Under the pieces are notes generated by a model that had not been told where the DNA came from, did no database searches, and saw only the letters and a program-made list of their open reading frames with translations. Both the position numbers and the translations under genes were made by a program. A stretch of DNA of 64,000 nucleotides from Cyanophora paradoxa CCMP329 (taxonomy: Eukaryota > Plantae > Glaucophyta). Numbering within the stretch: position 1 is the first letter of the stretch; every line of letters begins with the position of its first letter. Of this stretch, positions 48,501-60,535 are shown one piece after another. The stretch is from assembly GCA_004431415.1 (NCBI GenBank), contig QPMI01000493.1, positions 62,001 through 126,000 on the forward strand, read 5' to 3'.

Positions 48501-51500
48501 CGGAACCGCTATTGTTTACGCGTGCTGCAGGCCAGTTCCAGCTCGAGGACAGCTGCCTGCAGTGCCCGCTGAACTCCATCGTGAGCACCATTGGCGCAGC
48601 CTGGTGCTCACCATGTGCGCCGGGCTACGCTGCTTCAGCCGACCAGCAGTCCTGCGAGCCGTGCCCATTTGGCACCTACCGCGCCGCGGACATGTCCCAA
48701 TGCACCCCGTTCCGGCTCGCGCCGCCGCTATGCAGGGCTCCGCGGTCTACGAAGTGTGCAGCAGCGGGAAAGTGCCATCAACGATCCGGTCGGACTGTGT
48801 GGAATGCCGCGCGGGGAGCTACCAGCTCGAGGACCAGTGCCTGCCCTGCCCGCCGAATACGATCACGTCCGATCCCGGGAAGGACACGTGCGAGACGTGC
48901 CCGGAGGGCTACGAGGCCGCGGCGGACAGCCAGAGCTGCACACGTGCGCTGCTGCAGTGCTTACTCTGCGCGGGTGATGGGAGCTTACTGACGGGGATTG
49001 CATGCAGCGTGCATGGCGGGATACTTCAGGCACGCCCCGATGGTGGCGTGCCAGCGAGTGCCGGTGGGGTCAGTGGCCCCAGCCGCGTCGAGGAACTACA
49101 CGGTCTGCGCGAGGGGCACCGTCCCGAGCGACGACCTCGCGACATGCCTCCCGTGCCCGCGGGGCACGTACGAGAGGGACTGGCGTTGCCGCGACTGCAT
49201 CGGAAACACGTACGCCCCTCTTCTGGGAATGGTCTCCTGTCAGGAATGGTGAGTCAAGAGACTGTTCGTCTCATTAAGCTTCGCACTGTTTCTTGTTAAC
49301 GCATTTGCACAGCGAGCCCGGGTCCGTTGCGGACGAGACGCACCAGGAGTGCACGCCGTGCCCAAGCGGAACAGCGAGGTCTGCAAACAGCAGCACTTGC
49401 CTCTCTTGTTCGAATGGATATTACGCCAACGCGCCTGGCCGTGCCGAATGCGATCTGTGGTTTGCATGCAACCTCTCCTCCTGCCTTGCCTTCGCGTGTA
49501 ACAATATTTTGAACCTGTATCGCAGTCCTCCGGGGACACAGTCCGCCGAAGATCGCGTGACCTGCGTTCCGTGCCCCGCTGGCTATGTGGAGGCCAACGG
49601 CACGCGGACCTGCCGGCTCTGCGAGGAGGGAACAGTCGCAGAGGAGCGAGGACTCGTCACGTGCACGGCGTGCGGCCCTGGCGAGATCTCCAACGCCGAC
49701 CGGTATGCAGCTGCAGAGATTGATTGCTTTCTAATCTCGTTTGTGACCGGCGCTCCCGCCTGCAGCACGCGCTGCAATCCGTGCCAAGCGGGCACGTTCA
49801 AGCCTCGGAACATGAACATCTGCCTGCCGTGCCGGATCGGGACCTGGGCACCAGCGGGCTCGCAGGCGTGTCGGCTCTGCGAGCCCGGCTCGTACGCCTC
49901 CGAAGATTCCAGCGAGTGCATTCCGTGCACGCCAGGCACATTCATGCCGGAGGGCATGCAGACCTGCCTTCGAGTGCGCAGCGCTAGCGCTCTCGATTTC
50001 AGTTCCCAGTGGCATAAACTGACTTGGCGTGCTCAAGTGTCCCGAGACCTTCATCGCGCCCGATCCGGGAACGGCATTCGAGTGTAGCCCGTGCGGTGCG
50101 GGGTACACTTCGTCGGCGAACCGCCGCGTCTGCGAGCCCTGCGCGCTGGTGCGACCTCAAAAGTATCCAGCGCACAGGACTGCAAAAGAAACATCGTACT
50201 TCGTTTTGCAGGGATTCTACAGGCCGTTAGACAGCAACAGCACTGGGTGCATTCCCTGTGGCCCTGGAACCGTCTCGCGGGCCCCAGGCAACGGCGAGTG
50301 CGAGCAGTGGTGCGTCTAATTGAGCTTTTACGAACTTAATGAAAGCTCTCGATGAGGCCACCTCGATTTCGCTCACATCGGGAGCAGTCCGTCGGGAAAG
50401 GTGCCACGCGAAGACCGCGCGGACTGCAGGGGTGAGAAGCTGCTGTTTACAGTTCTTCCCACTTGGAAATGATCTCGACATCCGAACTTTCTATTCCAGA
50501 TTGCGAGGCTGGAACGTACCCCAGCAAGAGCGTTTGCGTGTCGTGCCCCCCTCTGACTACCTCGCGCGCTGGCGGTTCGCTCTTCCGATCCGCCGTTAAG
50601 CTGCTTGGACTCCACCTTGAATCTGCGGCGCAGATGCCGCTTGCACCCGCTGTGCTGCCGGATCAATCTCGGACGATAGCCGCACGCGCTGTATTCCGTG
50701 CCCGTCGTCCATGTACCTGCCCGCGAACAGCGACGTCTGCCTTCCGTGCCCCGTGAACACGATCTCGCAAGCGGGCTCCACGGGATGTATGTCGTGGTGA
50801 GTTTTGAGCCCGCTCTGCTTTCGACCGCGTTTCGCTTACAAACTGCTGCTTTGCGCAGTTTGGAGGGCACTGTGGTGGGTCACATTCCCTCTTTAAGAGT
50901 CTGTCTGCCCATTCGATGCACTGACGAGCGTCATTTATTCCCTCAGTCGGACGAGTCTCAGACGTTCTGCGAGGTGCGCTGGTGCTGCACTCGTATCCGT
51001 TTCTCCGGTGCCAACGCAGCGACGGCAGGTCTGCGCGAAAGGCACCTTCCGAAACGCGACGCTGGCCTACTGCGAACCCTGGTCCGTGCGGTTCTTTGCT
51101 TTCCAGAACACTCTAGTCGCCAAGAGAACCCGCGATCGCGCAGCCCGTCCGGCACGTTCGCGGCTGCCGCGGGGTCCACGACCTGCACGCCGTGCTCGTC
51201 GACGCAGCTGTGCCCGATCGCGACGTCGGAGCCGATCGACATTTCCGATTTCAAGAAGCTCATATCGCAGACCATCTCCGAAGCCCTCGCGGACGGCCGC
51301 GAGACAGCAGGAGCGGAGCTTGCGCAGCCAGGAGGGACCCAGCGGCGGGGCCTGATGGGCACGAGAAGGCTGTTGGCTGCTGGAGACTTTATTAAGCGAA
51401 TCACAAGCGAGGACAGCGAAATGACATTCATAAGCGAGAACGTGACGTGCGAAACCTCATCCTTACAAAACGAATATTAATCCTTGTGTTACAGGCCTAG

Positions 51501-54367
51501 ATGATTAAAATTCCTCTCTCCGCGTGCAGATACGACACAAACTCTGCCACCATCGTCCGACCGGTGAGCGCCCCAAATGCAAGTGTAATCGGTCGAATGC
51601 AGTTAATCGAATGCTATCGCGGCCGCAGGAAATTCGAACGGAGGAGGTTGCAACCCAGCGACTTTACCTGGTGATCATGAGGAGCTCAGAGCAATTGCAA
51701 ACCGCCTTCAATCGAAAAGCGGATCGATAAGTTGTACCGCGTGCAGATTTTCGCGGTGCTCGTAGCATGTACTGGAGTCTTGTTGATCCTAGCTGGGATC
51801 TGCCTCTATTCGTATTTGAAGGTGCGTTCGATGCGTTTGGTTGTACGAAGCTTTACTTGAATATTAACCTACACTCCGCATAGATTCCGTTGGCTGCTCC
51901 TTCGGAGCGGAAGCTCGAGCGCAAAGAGCGCAAAAATCGTCGATTCGAGCACGTACGCTAACGCTTGTGCCTTCTCTCGAGCGCGAGTCCGCCACCAACG
52001 TCTCGGCCGACAGATCCTCAAGCTCGATCGGCTTTACACAGATCTCATCGCGGCTAAGCGCGAGGAAGTAAAGGCGGCGCGAAGAGCGTGCCTGCAAGTG
52101 CATCTGTCAAGACGGAAGAAGAGGAAGCGGCGGAGGACGAAGAGGAGAACCAGAAGACTCGCTACGGCGTTGTCTTCACGATGATCGGCATCGGTCTCGC
52201 CGCCATCGCAGCCGGCTACGTTCTCCTGCAATTCGTGAGCTTCGAGCTGCGCCATGTTGCAATGCGTGGGCTCTGACCGCCCGGCATTTGTGCCCAGTAC
52301 ATTGCGAATTTCAACATCATCCAGACGCTCCAGCCGGGGTCCTCGCCGTCGGCCGCGAGCATCGCCGGCCCTCTGAACGTCACGGCCTCCTTCGCTGGAT
52401 TTGCCGGTGATTCTCGAGCTTTTGAATGCTTCGCCTTGTATTGGATTCGCAGAGCTTCTAATCATGAGCGCTCGCGCAGGTCCCTGTCAGATCGTGAAAC
52501 GAGCCGGAGAGAGCTCCGGCAACGCATCGCTATCCCGCTTTGACGGGCGCGCTGGTGTCGACGTGTTCGTTTCGGGCATCGGGCCCGTCGATGGCTCGCC
52601 TGGGCCAGTTGCTGAAACGAGCTACATCGCCGCTCGCCGTACTTGCTTGTCCGTTTACAGCTGTTCATGTATAACAATACTGCGTTTCCTCATGCGTGTG
52701 CTCAGAGTGACGTGGCGCTGCTCGAAATGCCGCCTGCTGGCGGCCAGCAACGTGACAATCGATTTCCGCCTAGTATCGCGCCTCGCGTTTGCGGTCGCCA
52801 TCAACTACGCCATCCACGTTCGTCTTTGCATGAAGCTGGGTTGTTGCGTTCCCTGATGCACGAAGCAGGTCCCGTCGAACCTCTCCATCGAGGGCGTGAT
52901 CGTGCCCTCCTCGCAAGCCGAGTTCTCCGTCTTCCGCGGCACGCTCCGGTCACCGTCCCCGTGTCTCTATTCCCGCTGCACTTCGAGGTCTGAACGTCGC
53001 GATAGCTTGTACCCGCGCCGCGGTTTGCGCGCATGCATCTGACGATGAGGCGCGCGCGTTTACAGGACGAGCGCGACGGGACGCCGCGGTACGACGCGGC
53101 CCTGCGCCCCGCCGACAACCGCGCCGCCGAGAAGGGCGCGGGATCCTTCGTGCGTCTCTCCTGATTTCCAGCCCCTTCAATCCCATCAGAATTTATCTCA
53201 TGTCGTTCCGGCCTGCTCCTGCCAGACTCTCTGCTCGTTCACGAAACCGCTCTCCGACCCGGAGTGCACCGGCGAGTCGGTCGCCTTCCGCGTCCTCTTC
53301 AACATCGACAACATTTACGTCATGGCGCGCATCGCCTTCAGCCGCTCGCGGTTCGACGGCGCGTCACTCGTGCTGACGCGCCCTGCCGCAGGTGTACCGC
53401 AAGGTGAAGGCCACTGTGGCCGACATGCTGGCAGACCTGTCGTCCCTCACGCAGACCGCCATCGCCGTGCGCGCGTGTTTTAACTGCGATGTCTTCCATC
53501 TCGCGATCGCGGCTCGTCCACGGCTGACAGAGCGGCTCGCGACAGGTCGGAGGCCAGATTGCTGTCCCATTCCTCACCGCGCGATACTTCTTCAAGGTGA
53601 CGAGCGAACGCCGCGCATCCCTTTTATTGCATGCAAATGACGCACTTCAAAGCTCCAGTCTGATGCGGAACGCAGAAGCCACGCCGCGACGTTGATGCAG
53701 GAGGCGACTCCGTCGACGGATCGATCGCAAGCGAGTCAGCGCATCCAAAGCTGCAGCCTCGGTCCCCCGCAGCTGTCTCGGCTAAACCGCACGCGGCCAT
53801 TGCCGACAAGAATGCGACCGGTGCCAGCGCCGCGGTGCCCACGAAAACCGAGCGTGCATCCGCACGGATGAACCGGAGGCGAAGCAACAGCTTCGGCCAA
53901 ATCGAGGCTTTCATCGACATCTATGACGGAAACGACACCCGAGAGCTCCAGGCCACCAGATCCAAGTCAGCCTATGGCCAGCGACCGTCGCCCCCGGCGT
54001 CTTTCGTGTTGGCCGTACCGGACCGGAGCGTAAGCGCCAGCGGCCGCCCGTCCCGGCCCATACCCTCCCGCCCTTCGGATTCGGATCCCCGCTTTCCACG
54101 GCGTCGTCAACATTGGCACGCCCCGCCGTCGGCGGAGCCGGTCCCAGCAGCCGCTACGCGTACAACCTCGCGGGCGCCTCACTCCCCATCCCCAACCTCC
54201 CCGTGCGGCTCATGGATCTCTCGGGCTCGACCTCGAGCGGGGCCGGCAGCTCCAGCTCGAGCGCTATTGCCGGCGCGGGCGCCCCGCAGCAGGCGAATGC
54301 AGGAGCAAGCAGGGCACCCCCCAAGGGCGACGATGGCTCAGCCGCTGCGGCCGCCATCCACCTCTGA
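33593..54367 (+). CDS. Giant cell-surface protein, copy 2 (tandem paralogue with 5 LamG-like domains visible; may be a pseudogene or carry assembly errors)
   Basis: Colinear exon by exon with copy 1 from 34198 (equivalent to 8034) to ...AAAAIHL* (54365-54367). The signal-peptide exon is present but begins with GTG at 33593. Single-base deletions near 48705, 52070, 52945 and 54058. Confidence 0.7.
33772..34180. repeat. Poly-C low-complexity tract at the same gene position as in copy 1
   Basis: C homopolymers directly after the 5' exon region, followed immediately by LamG unit 4. Confidence 0.7.
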
Positions 54368-54594
54368 ATGTAGCGTTGCATGCAGGTTTAGATAGATAGC
54401 GATATATGCATATGCATAATGTTACAATTAGTTCGAACGTTACGCCAAGGATTGGGATATAGCATGTGCGTGTGGAGTACAAGCACGACAATTGGTGTAG
54501 CGGACGATTCGTTTAGGATGGATTCCAAAAAAGAAGAGGATGCATCTGCAGGCAGCGTCAACGCGTTCGTTTCGAGTTTAGTTCACGTGTACCT

Positions 54595-55350
54595 TAGGAT
54601 AATGAGCCTCGGATCCGGAGATGCTGCTTCGCGCACAATAATGACGCCCCTAGCCATGCATATGGCCATGGAACGTTTCTTAACCAGAGACCGCCGGCCG
54701 ACTTCGCAAAATTAATCGCCCTCCAATCGCGAGGCCCCGGATCCGCCCACAACACTGCGGCAGCTGCAAATAATGAATTACTTACAATTCCTAAATCTTT
54801 ACCGATACTTCTGATGTGCAATACTACGGACGCGCAACAAGTGCCTCCGAGAAGGGGAACGTGCACTACTCGACTTGCCGAAGAAGAGGAACGCTCGCCT
54901 AGAAACGAGGCCCGGAAGCAATGATTTCTAACTCTGATGCTCGGCGCCGCGGCGATCGCAAGGACCTGAGCTCGAGAAGAAGCGGAGGGGAGGGGGCCCG
55001 GGGCGGGGCGGCGCCCCGGCCTAGGGCGCGGCGGCCTCGGCGAGGCGCTCGGCGCCGGCGGCGGCGTCGCGCTCGGCGGCGGCGAGGGCCGACCAGTGCG
55101 CGAGGTGCCGCTCCGCGTGCTCCAGGAGGGCCGCCGCCCCCGGGAAGCGCGCGCACCACGCCACGTACAGCGGCACCGCCAGGAACGTCAGGAAGCCCTG
55201 CGATCAAATCAGATCAGATCGGATCGGATCGGATCGGATCAGACGAATCTGAGCCGACCTCCTGGGCGCGGGCGAGGGACTCGGAGCGGTCGCAGAGGGG
55301 CGAGACGGGCAGCCCGAGCCGCCGCTCCTCGTCTGAGCAACGGGCTCAGA

Positions 55351-55393
<43 letters not shown>

Positions 55394-56350
55394 ACGCGGA
55401 CCGCCCTGGGCCCCGAACTCCTCGACGATGCGGCGGGCCCAGCGCTCGTGCGTCGCGAAGGGCCTACCCCCGTTCGCGATGTCCGCGACCTGCGCGGGGA
55501 AAATTCGAGAGGGGGGGGTGGAACCGCTGCGGCGATGCTTGAAGGAGTTGCCGCGGGCGCTGCTGCGGCCGCTGCGGCCGTTGGCGACGGAGCGCGCATC
55601 GTCGGCGGGGCCCTCCGAGTCGGCCCCGTCCCCCTCCCCCTCGTCGTCCGCCTCCTCCCCCTCGTCGCCCTCCCCCTCATCCCCCTCCGCCTCCACATCC
55701 GCCTGCCGGCCGCGCAATCTGAGGCGAGGGGGGGGCACGCCGAGGAAGGGGGCGTACCCCGGCGGCCTCGAGGGTCTCCGTCACGAGGAGGGCCTTCCAC
55801 GCGCTTACCGTCTCCAGGTGCCGCTACCCGCCCGCGGGGTCGGGCCCGGCCGGGGTAGAGGGCGCGAGGGCGGGCGCACGCTCATGTCTGTGGCGAGGAC
55901 GAGGGCGATGACGGAGCGCCGGAACTCGGCCCGCTGCGCGCCCCCCGTCAGGCGGGAGGGGGCGGCCCGGCGGGGGCGGGGCCGGCCCGGGGTACCTGCT
56001 CCCTCGTGCAGGAGGCGAGGAAGTCGCAGTCGGGGTCCCGCAGCATCGCGAAGGTCCGCGTCAGCGCGCTGTGCTCCTGCGGACAAGGCCGGCTCAGGGG
56101 GGGGGGGGGGGGGGGGGGGGGAGGGGTCGCACGAGGACGGACTGGTCGTTGTAGATCTAGAGGAGCGCGAGCTCGCTCCCCGTCGCCACCTCGAACCCGT
56201 TCGTCCACCCCGTGTGCTGCCCGGGGGGGGCTGAGAGGGGCTGGAGGGGGGCGAGATGTCGGGGGGTACGCACGTCGAGGTCGTGGACGGCCGCCGCGAC
56301 GAGCGCCGCGAGGACGTCCGCCGAGCGAACGTAGGGGCGGAGGCCCCCCG
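54595..56350. repeat. Segmental duplication of about 61290-63905 (PDE 3' half plus downstream flank)
   Basis: Alignable from AATGAGCCT (54601 vs 61294) to GGCGGAGGCCCCCCG (56350 vs about 63905), including introns. Confidence 0.9.
55021..56350 (-). pseudogene. Truncated cyclic-nucleotide phosphodiesterase pseudogene fragment
   Basis: Homology to the 62412-64000 gene stops mid-exon at 56350. A 6-nt insertion at 56153-56161 creates an in-frame TAG (LL*IYND vs LLYND). The exon encoding ...RRLFLSMALK is missing near 55518. Confidence 0.85.
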
Positions 56351-56654
56351 TCGGCCGAACTACACGCCGACGTCGGCCCTAGCAGCACAAGGGCTGCACC
56401 AACACTACTCACTAAACTACTGTGTTGGTGGCAATTCTAAATGAGGACACGACGAAAATAAGAGTGCGCAGCGTCTGCCAGGCTGCTCGAGCAGAGAGAC
56501 TGCTGATCCGAAAATTGACTATCGATATCGGACTGCCATTCGAAGGGCTTAAATTGGAACTCGGAAGAGGCCACCCGGCCGGGCCGGCCCTGTGACCCGG
56601 GGCCACCCGGGCCAGATCACGGCCCAGATGTGCCCTTCGAACTTCGAAGGGTCG

Positions 56655-56692
56655 TTTTTCGGTTAATTCGGAACTTCGGAATAACATCACTG
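56655..56692 (-). mobile_element. Solo end of the hAT family seen at 58244
   Basis: TTTTTCGGTTAATTC...TTCGGAATAACATCACTG is the reverse complement of the first 38 nt or so of the 58244 element. No partner end found. Confidence 0.65.
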
Positions 56693-56778
56693 GCCCGGGT
56701 GGCCCCGGCGGCCGGCCGGCGCCCCAGGCCCCCAGGGCTGCGGAGCCTGCGGGGCCGGGCCCGCCGGGGAGTCGGGAC

Positions 56779-57248
56779 TAGGGGTGGGCGTAGTGGGGGT
56801 CCGACCCCACTCTCAGTGGCGCCAGTGGGAGGGGGGTACCTGTGATCCTGAAGCAAAAAAATCGACCTAAACTAAGCGAAAAAGCGCCGAGCTTCCAGGC
56901 GCTTCGCGCGGCGAATCGCGCCCTCCCTTCCAGCTGCAGGCGCTTCGCGCCTTCACCGCGGAAATTAAAGTGCAAGCATGACCCTTCTGTAACTAATGAG
57001 CCTTGAAGGGTTTTCGACTCCGCCGATGCGAAAACCGCACCGAAAATGGAGAAGATCGGCTCGAAAAAGCGGAAATCCGCACATCAACCTTGGATCGGGT
57101 CGATCTGACGACAAGAGCCTACCCCCACCCCCGCGATTTTCCGTCGTTTGTATGCCACTAGCATGTTGTATGTAGTGGCAAAAAGTGCCACTGAGTCAGT
57201 CCAGTGGCGGGGTCCCACTGGCCACTGGCGCCACTGTGCCCAGCCCTA
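56779..57248. mobile_element. Non-autonomous hAT element
   Basis: TIR TAGGGGTGGGC / GCCCAGCCCTA; perfect 8-bp TSD GTCGGGAC (56771-56778, 57249-57256); AGTGG/CCACT subterminal repeats. Confidence 0.9.
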
Positions 57249-57533
57249 GTCGGGACTCGGGACCGGGGCCCTAGGGCCTTAACTTGCCATGTGGGCAAAA
57301 AACGACTCGCAAAGCACATGTACAAAATTAAAGCACGCGCCGTCGCCGCCGACTCCGAGGCTCGCCGGCCCTTGCCAAAAATTGCACAAAAGCACGTCCG
57401 ACGGTCGACGTCGCCGGCCCTTCGGGGCCGGCCCCGGGCCGCGGCGGCGCCGCCGGCGCGGCCTGCCGGGCAGTGCCGGGCACTGCCGGCGCCGCCGGCC
57501 CGCCGCGCCGGGCGCCGCCGCCGCTGCGCAGTA

Positions 57534-57779
57534 CCGTAGACGACTTAATTACCGCGCTGACTTAAATACCGCGCTGCCAAATTACCGCGCTCAAAATTTT
57601 TATAACGCGGTAATTTGGTAGCGCAGTAATAGTCTTTCGCTTAGATTTGCTAGCAGTTTTGTATGGGCCGTACCCCAATTTGATGAAAACGCGCTAATTC
57701 GGTACCGCGCTAAAGCGCCTACCGGCGCAAAACTTTTAGAACGCGGTAATATGTGGCGCGGTATTTAAGTCGTCTACGG
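57534..57779. mobile_element. TA-targeting MITE
   Basis: TA|CCGTAGACGACTTAA ... TTAAGTCGTCTACGG|TA; repeated internal TACCGCG/CGCGGTA motifs. Confidence 0.9.
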
Positions 57780-58243
57780 TACATGCGCAGTGCGCAGTGC
57801 CGCGGCCGGCGGCGCCGGCGCCGTCGGACCGACCGTCGGACTCGGACGGCCCGGGCGGGCCGGGCGGGCCGGGCGGCCGGGCCCCGCCGGCCGGCCCCGC
57901 CGCCCCGCCGCGGCCCCGGCCGTCCGCCGGCGCCGGCGTCCCGGCCGCGTCCGGCGTCCGACGACGGGACCGACGTCTACGTCCAAGCCTTGAAGTCACT
58001 GAGTCGGTCGACGTCGACGTCCGACGGTCCGAGACTCCGAGCCTAGAGTCCGAGGTCGACGCCGAGTCGCCGACTCGACGGTCCGCCGTCACGGTCGTGC
58101 GCCCGGCCGCCGGCGCCGGCCGGCCGAAAACTCCAGAGAGTATTAATATTCCAGAATCCAGACTCCAGACTCCAGAGTCCGACGGTCCAGAGTCCAGACT
58201 CCAGACTCCAGATCTAGAGTAGAGCCGCTGAGCTGGCTATAGC

Positions 58244-58994
58244 CAGTGATGTTATTCCGAATAATTGAATTAACCGAAAAACTGCCCATTTCGGGAATAA
58301 CTAGTAATTCCTGGAATATTCCTAGTAAGATTCCGAATTCTTTATTGTTTCTAGAAACCCTAGGCCTTCCCTCATGCATATGATCATACATGCATATACA
58401 CGTGACATGTACACGCGTACCGCACCCCATGGCCCAGTGGCCATGGCCACGCCGGCCCGGCCCCGGCGGCCCCGCCCTGCCCGCCCCTCCCTGCTTTGCG
58501 AAACTACGGCCGCGGTACGTATGAACTGTCAAGCACTAAATATTGAAGCAATTAAGCATATTCATGCGTTCGAAGGCGCAGCTAGCGCTGCAGCATGTAG
58601 CTGCAGTGAGATCGAGCTGTTGTCGTCGACGTCGACGTCGACGTCGACGTCGACGTCGACGTCGACGTCGTCGGGCAGGCCGCTTGTACATGTGGAGGCA
58701 GCTCCTGCGCATGCGGGCCAGCTAGAGCCCTCGCTCTCACCAGACATCGATTTGCGATGCGGGCGTGCTCTGCTGGACGCTGTGTGCTGCCGCAGTGCGT
58801 TCTGGCGAAAAATCCCTTGCACGAACAAGTCCCCCCCCCTTATAATTATTCGGAACAATTCCTGATCATGAAAGAACGGCGTTCAATGCATGCGCAAGCA
58901 CCATTCGAATTCCAGGAATCATTCCAGGAATTATTCCTGGACCCGGGAATAAAATTAATTATGAAAAATGTTTCTAGAAAGAATGCCATCACTG
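58244..58994. mobile_element. Non-autonomous hAT element
   Basis: Ends CAGTGATG / CATCACTG; perfect 8-bp TSD GCTATAGC (58236-58243, 58995-59002); TTCC/GGAA-rich subterminal regions. Confidence 0.85.
58625..58669. repeat. (GTCGAC)7.5 palindromic microsatellite
   Basis: Read directly from the sequence. Similar arrays are (AGTACT)4.5 at 30632-30658 and (TGTACA)3 at 8670-8687. Confidence 0.95.
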
Positions 58995-59336
58995 GCTATA
59001 GCTAGCCCCATGCACTGGGGCCCGGCTGACTGGACCCAGCTGCCGCAGGCCCGCAGTGCAGGTTTTAGCTATACCGGTACGGTAGAGCAGAGTGAATATC
59101 GTATTTCGGTACTACGGTACGTATACGCGTCCCCGCCATACGTTTAGGGCATAGTCGCTTCTCGCGCCCGGGGCCGAGCTCGTCGACGTCGCATTCGAAT
59201 TCGCAGTTCAAGCGTTCACGCGGCGCAGCCATACGCTTCGATCGAGGTTCCGAGTTCGTCGCAGCCCCGGCGATCGACGACCGTCGCTAATCGCGTGCGC
59301 GTGTGCAGACCCGGCGAGCCGCATCAGCAACCAGCG

Positions 59337-60535
59337 ATGGCCGCGACTACCGAGGCGCAGTGGGCGACGGCCCGGCGGGTGTATTTTGACTCCATGCGCC
59401 CCGACCGCGGCTTCTTTTTAGTCACGTCGGACGTCACTGATCAGCAGGTGACTCTAGATCTCTCGTCACGCATCGAACTAGTGATTAACCTCGTATCAGA
59501 TCGGTGACTTCAGGCTCATCGTGAACTCGTCTGGGACCGGTACCTGGATCTCGAAGGCGACTGAATTCGCGGACTGGTGCAGCTTCGATTGGAAGGACGC
59601 GACCCCCGGCGACCAGTCCGCGGACGCCAACTTTGCCGCATTTTCCACCGCACAATCCGATCTCAAGGTGCGTGGCGCGCGTGCACTGCGGGAGCGTGCC
59701 GTACCACGGTAGTACTAGTGTCCGAACCGCGAGCATGCGCGCATGCGCAGCAAGCAGTGGGGAACTACGACTCCGTCTACAGCGACCTCCTGAAGACTCT
59801 CGGGACGCCCGAAGAAATGTACAGCACGCAGGCCCTGAAACTGTACTACAACGACTGGCTTGCCGCCCTGAACACCCTCGAGTCCGCTGCCAAGGTGCGC
59901 ATGTACATGTAGTGCATATATACTTACTATTTAATCACACATTTGATCGTTCCAACAGGCCTTCCTTACGTACGCGGAGCTCAACTGCCCCACTGACTGG
60001 GAGGATTCGTATGCTTGTCCCGCCTTAATTTTCTTCGAATTCGATTCCCATCGCCGAGCTCGAGTCGTCTAGATCTGACAACAATAATGCAGTCTCCTAT
60101 GGGAGGAGCAGGACCATTACAACCGTCTGAACTACATGCTCAACGCCATCAAGTATGACAAGAACCGGCTCGACAACTGGGACGACACCATCGATCTCAA
60201 TGTGCGTGATCTGCATGCATACGACCTAGACAACATTCAAATGATTCAGTGACGACGCCGCAGAGAACGTTCGAGCTGCTCGACGAGGAGGCTCAGCATG
60301 CGCAGGCGGCCGAGGAGTTTGCCGAGGTGCGGCGGGCCGGCCCCATGCACGCCTCAGAACCTCGCCTGCCAGGCTGCCTCAGTGAGGCCGCGCAGGACGA
60401 CGAGCTGGAGCTGGAGCTCCTGGCTTCCGACCTCGCCGCCATCCAGGTGCGCTCTGGGACTGGAGGCTGTCGCGGGCCGCGGCTCGCCGCTGATCATACC
60501 TGTGGCAGCTCTGCGCCGACGCCGTCGACGCCTGA
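59337..60535 (+). CDS. Hypothetical acidic protein, about 240 aa, 8 coding exons
   Basis: Seven short GT-AG introns join in phase: MAATTEAQW...DQQ|IGDFRLIVNSSG...SDLK|QAVGNYD...SAAK|AFLTYAELNCPTDWEDS|LLWEEQDH...IDLN|RTFELLDEE...FAE|DDELELELLASDLAAIQ|LCADAVDA*. No family recognised. Confidence 0.75.

Noticed and set aside
3222-54367. The two giant genes as allelic haplotypes assembled in tandem
   Set aside because: Introns and flanks are substantially diverged and each copy has its own repeat-homogenisation pattern, so true paralogy is more likely. It is not excluded without read data.
55202-55243. (GATCA/GATCG)n tract, also at 62593-62640, as a regulatory array
   Set aside because: It is a simple pentamer microsatellite inside the last PDE intron and varies in length between the copies.
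54921-56234. 437-aa plus-strand ORF
   Set aside because: It is the antisense shadow of the GC-rich PDE pseudogene and crosses poly-G intron tracts, with no independent coding signal.
58130-58215. Short repeated units (ACTCCAG)n, and other short repeats in the window, as a CRISPR-like array
   Set aside because: These are simple tandem 7-mers without unique spacers. The context is eukaryotic and there are no cas genes.
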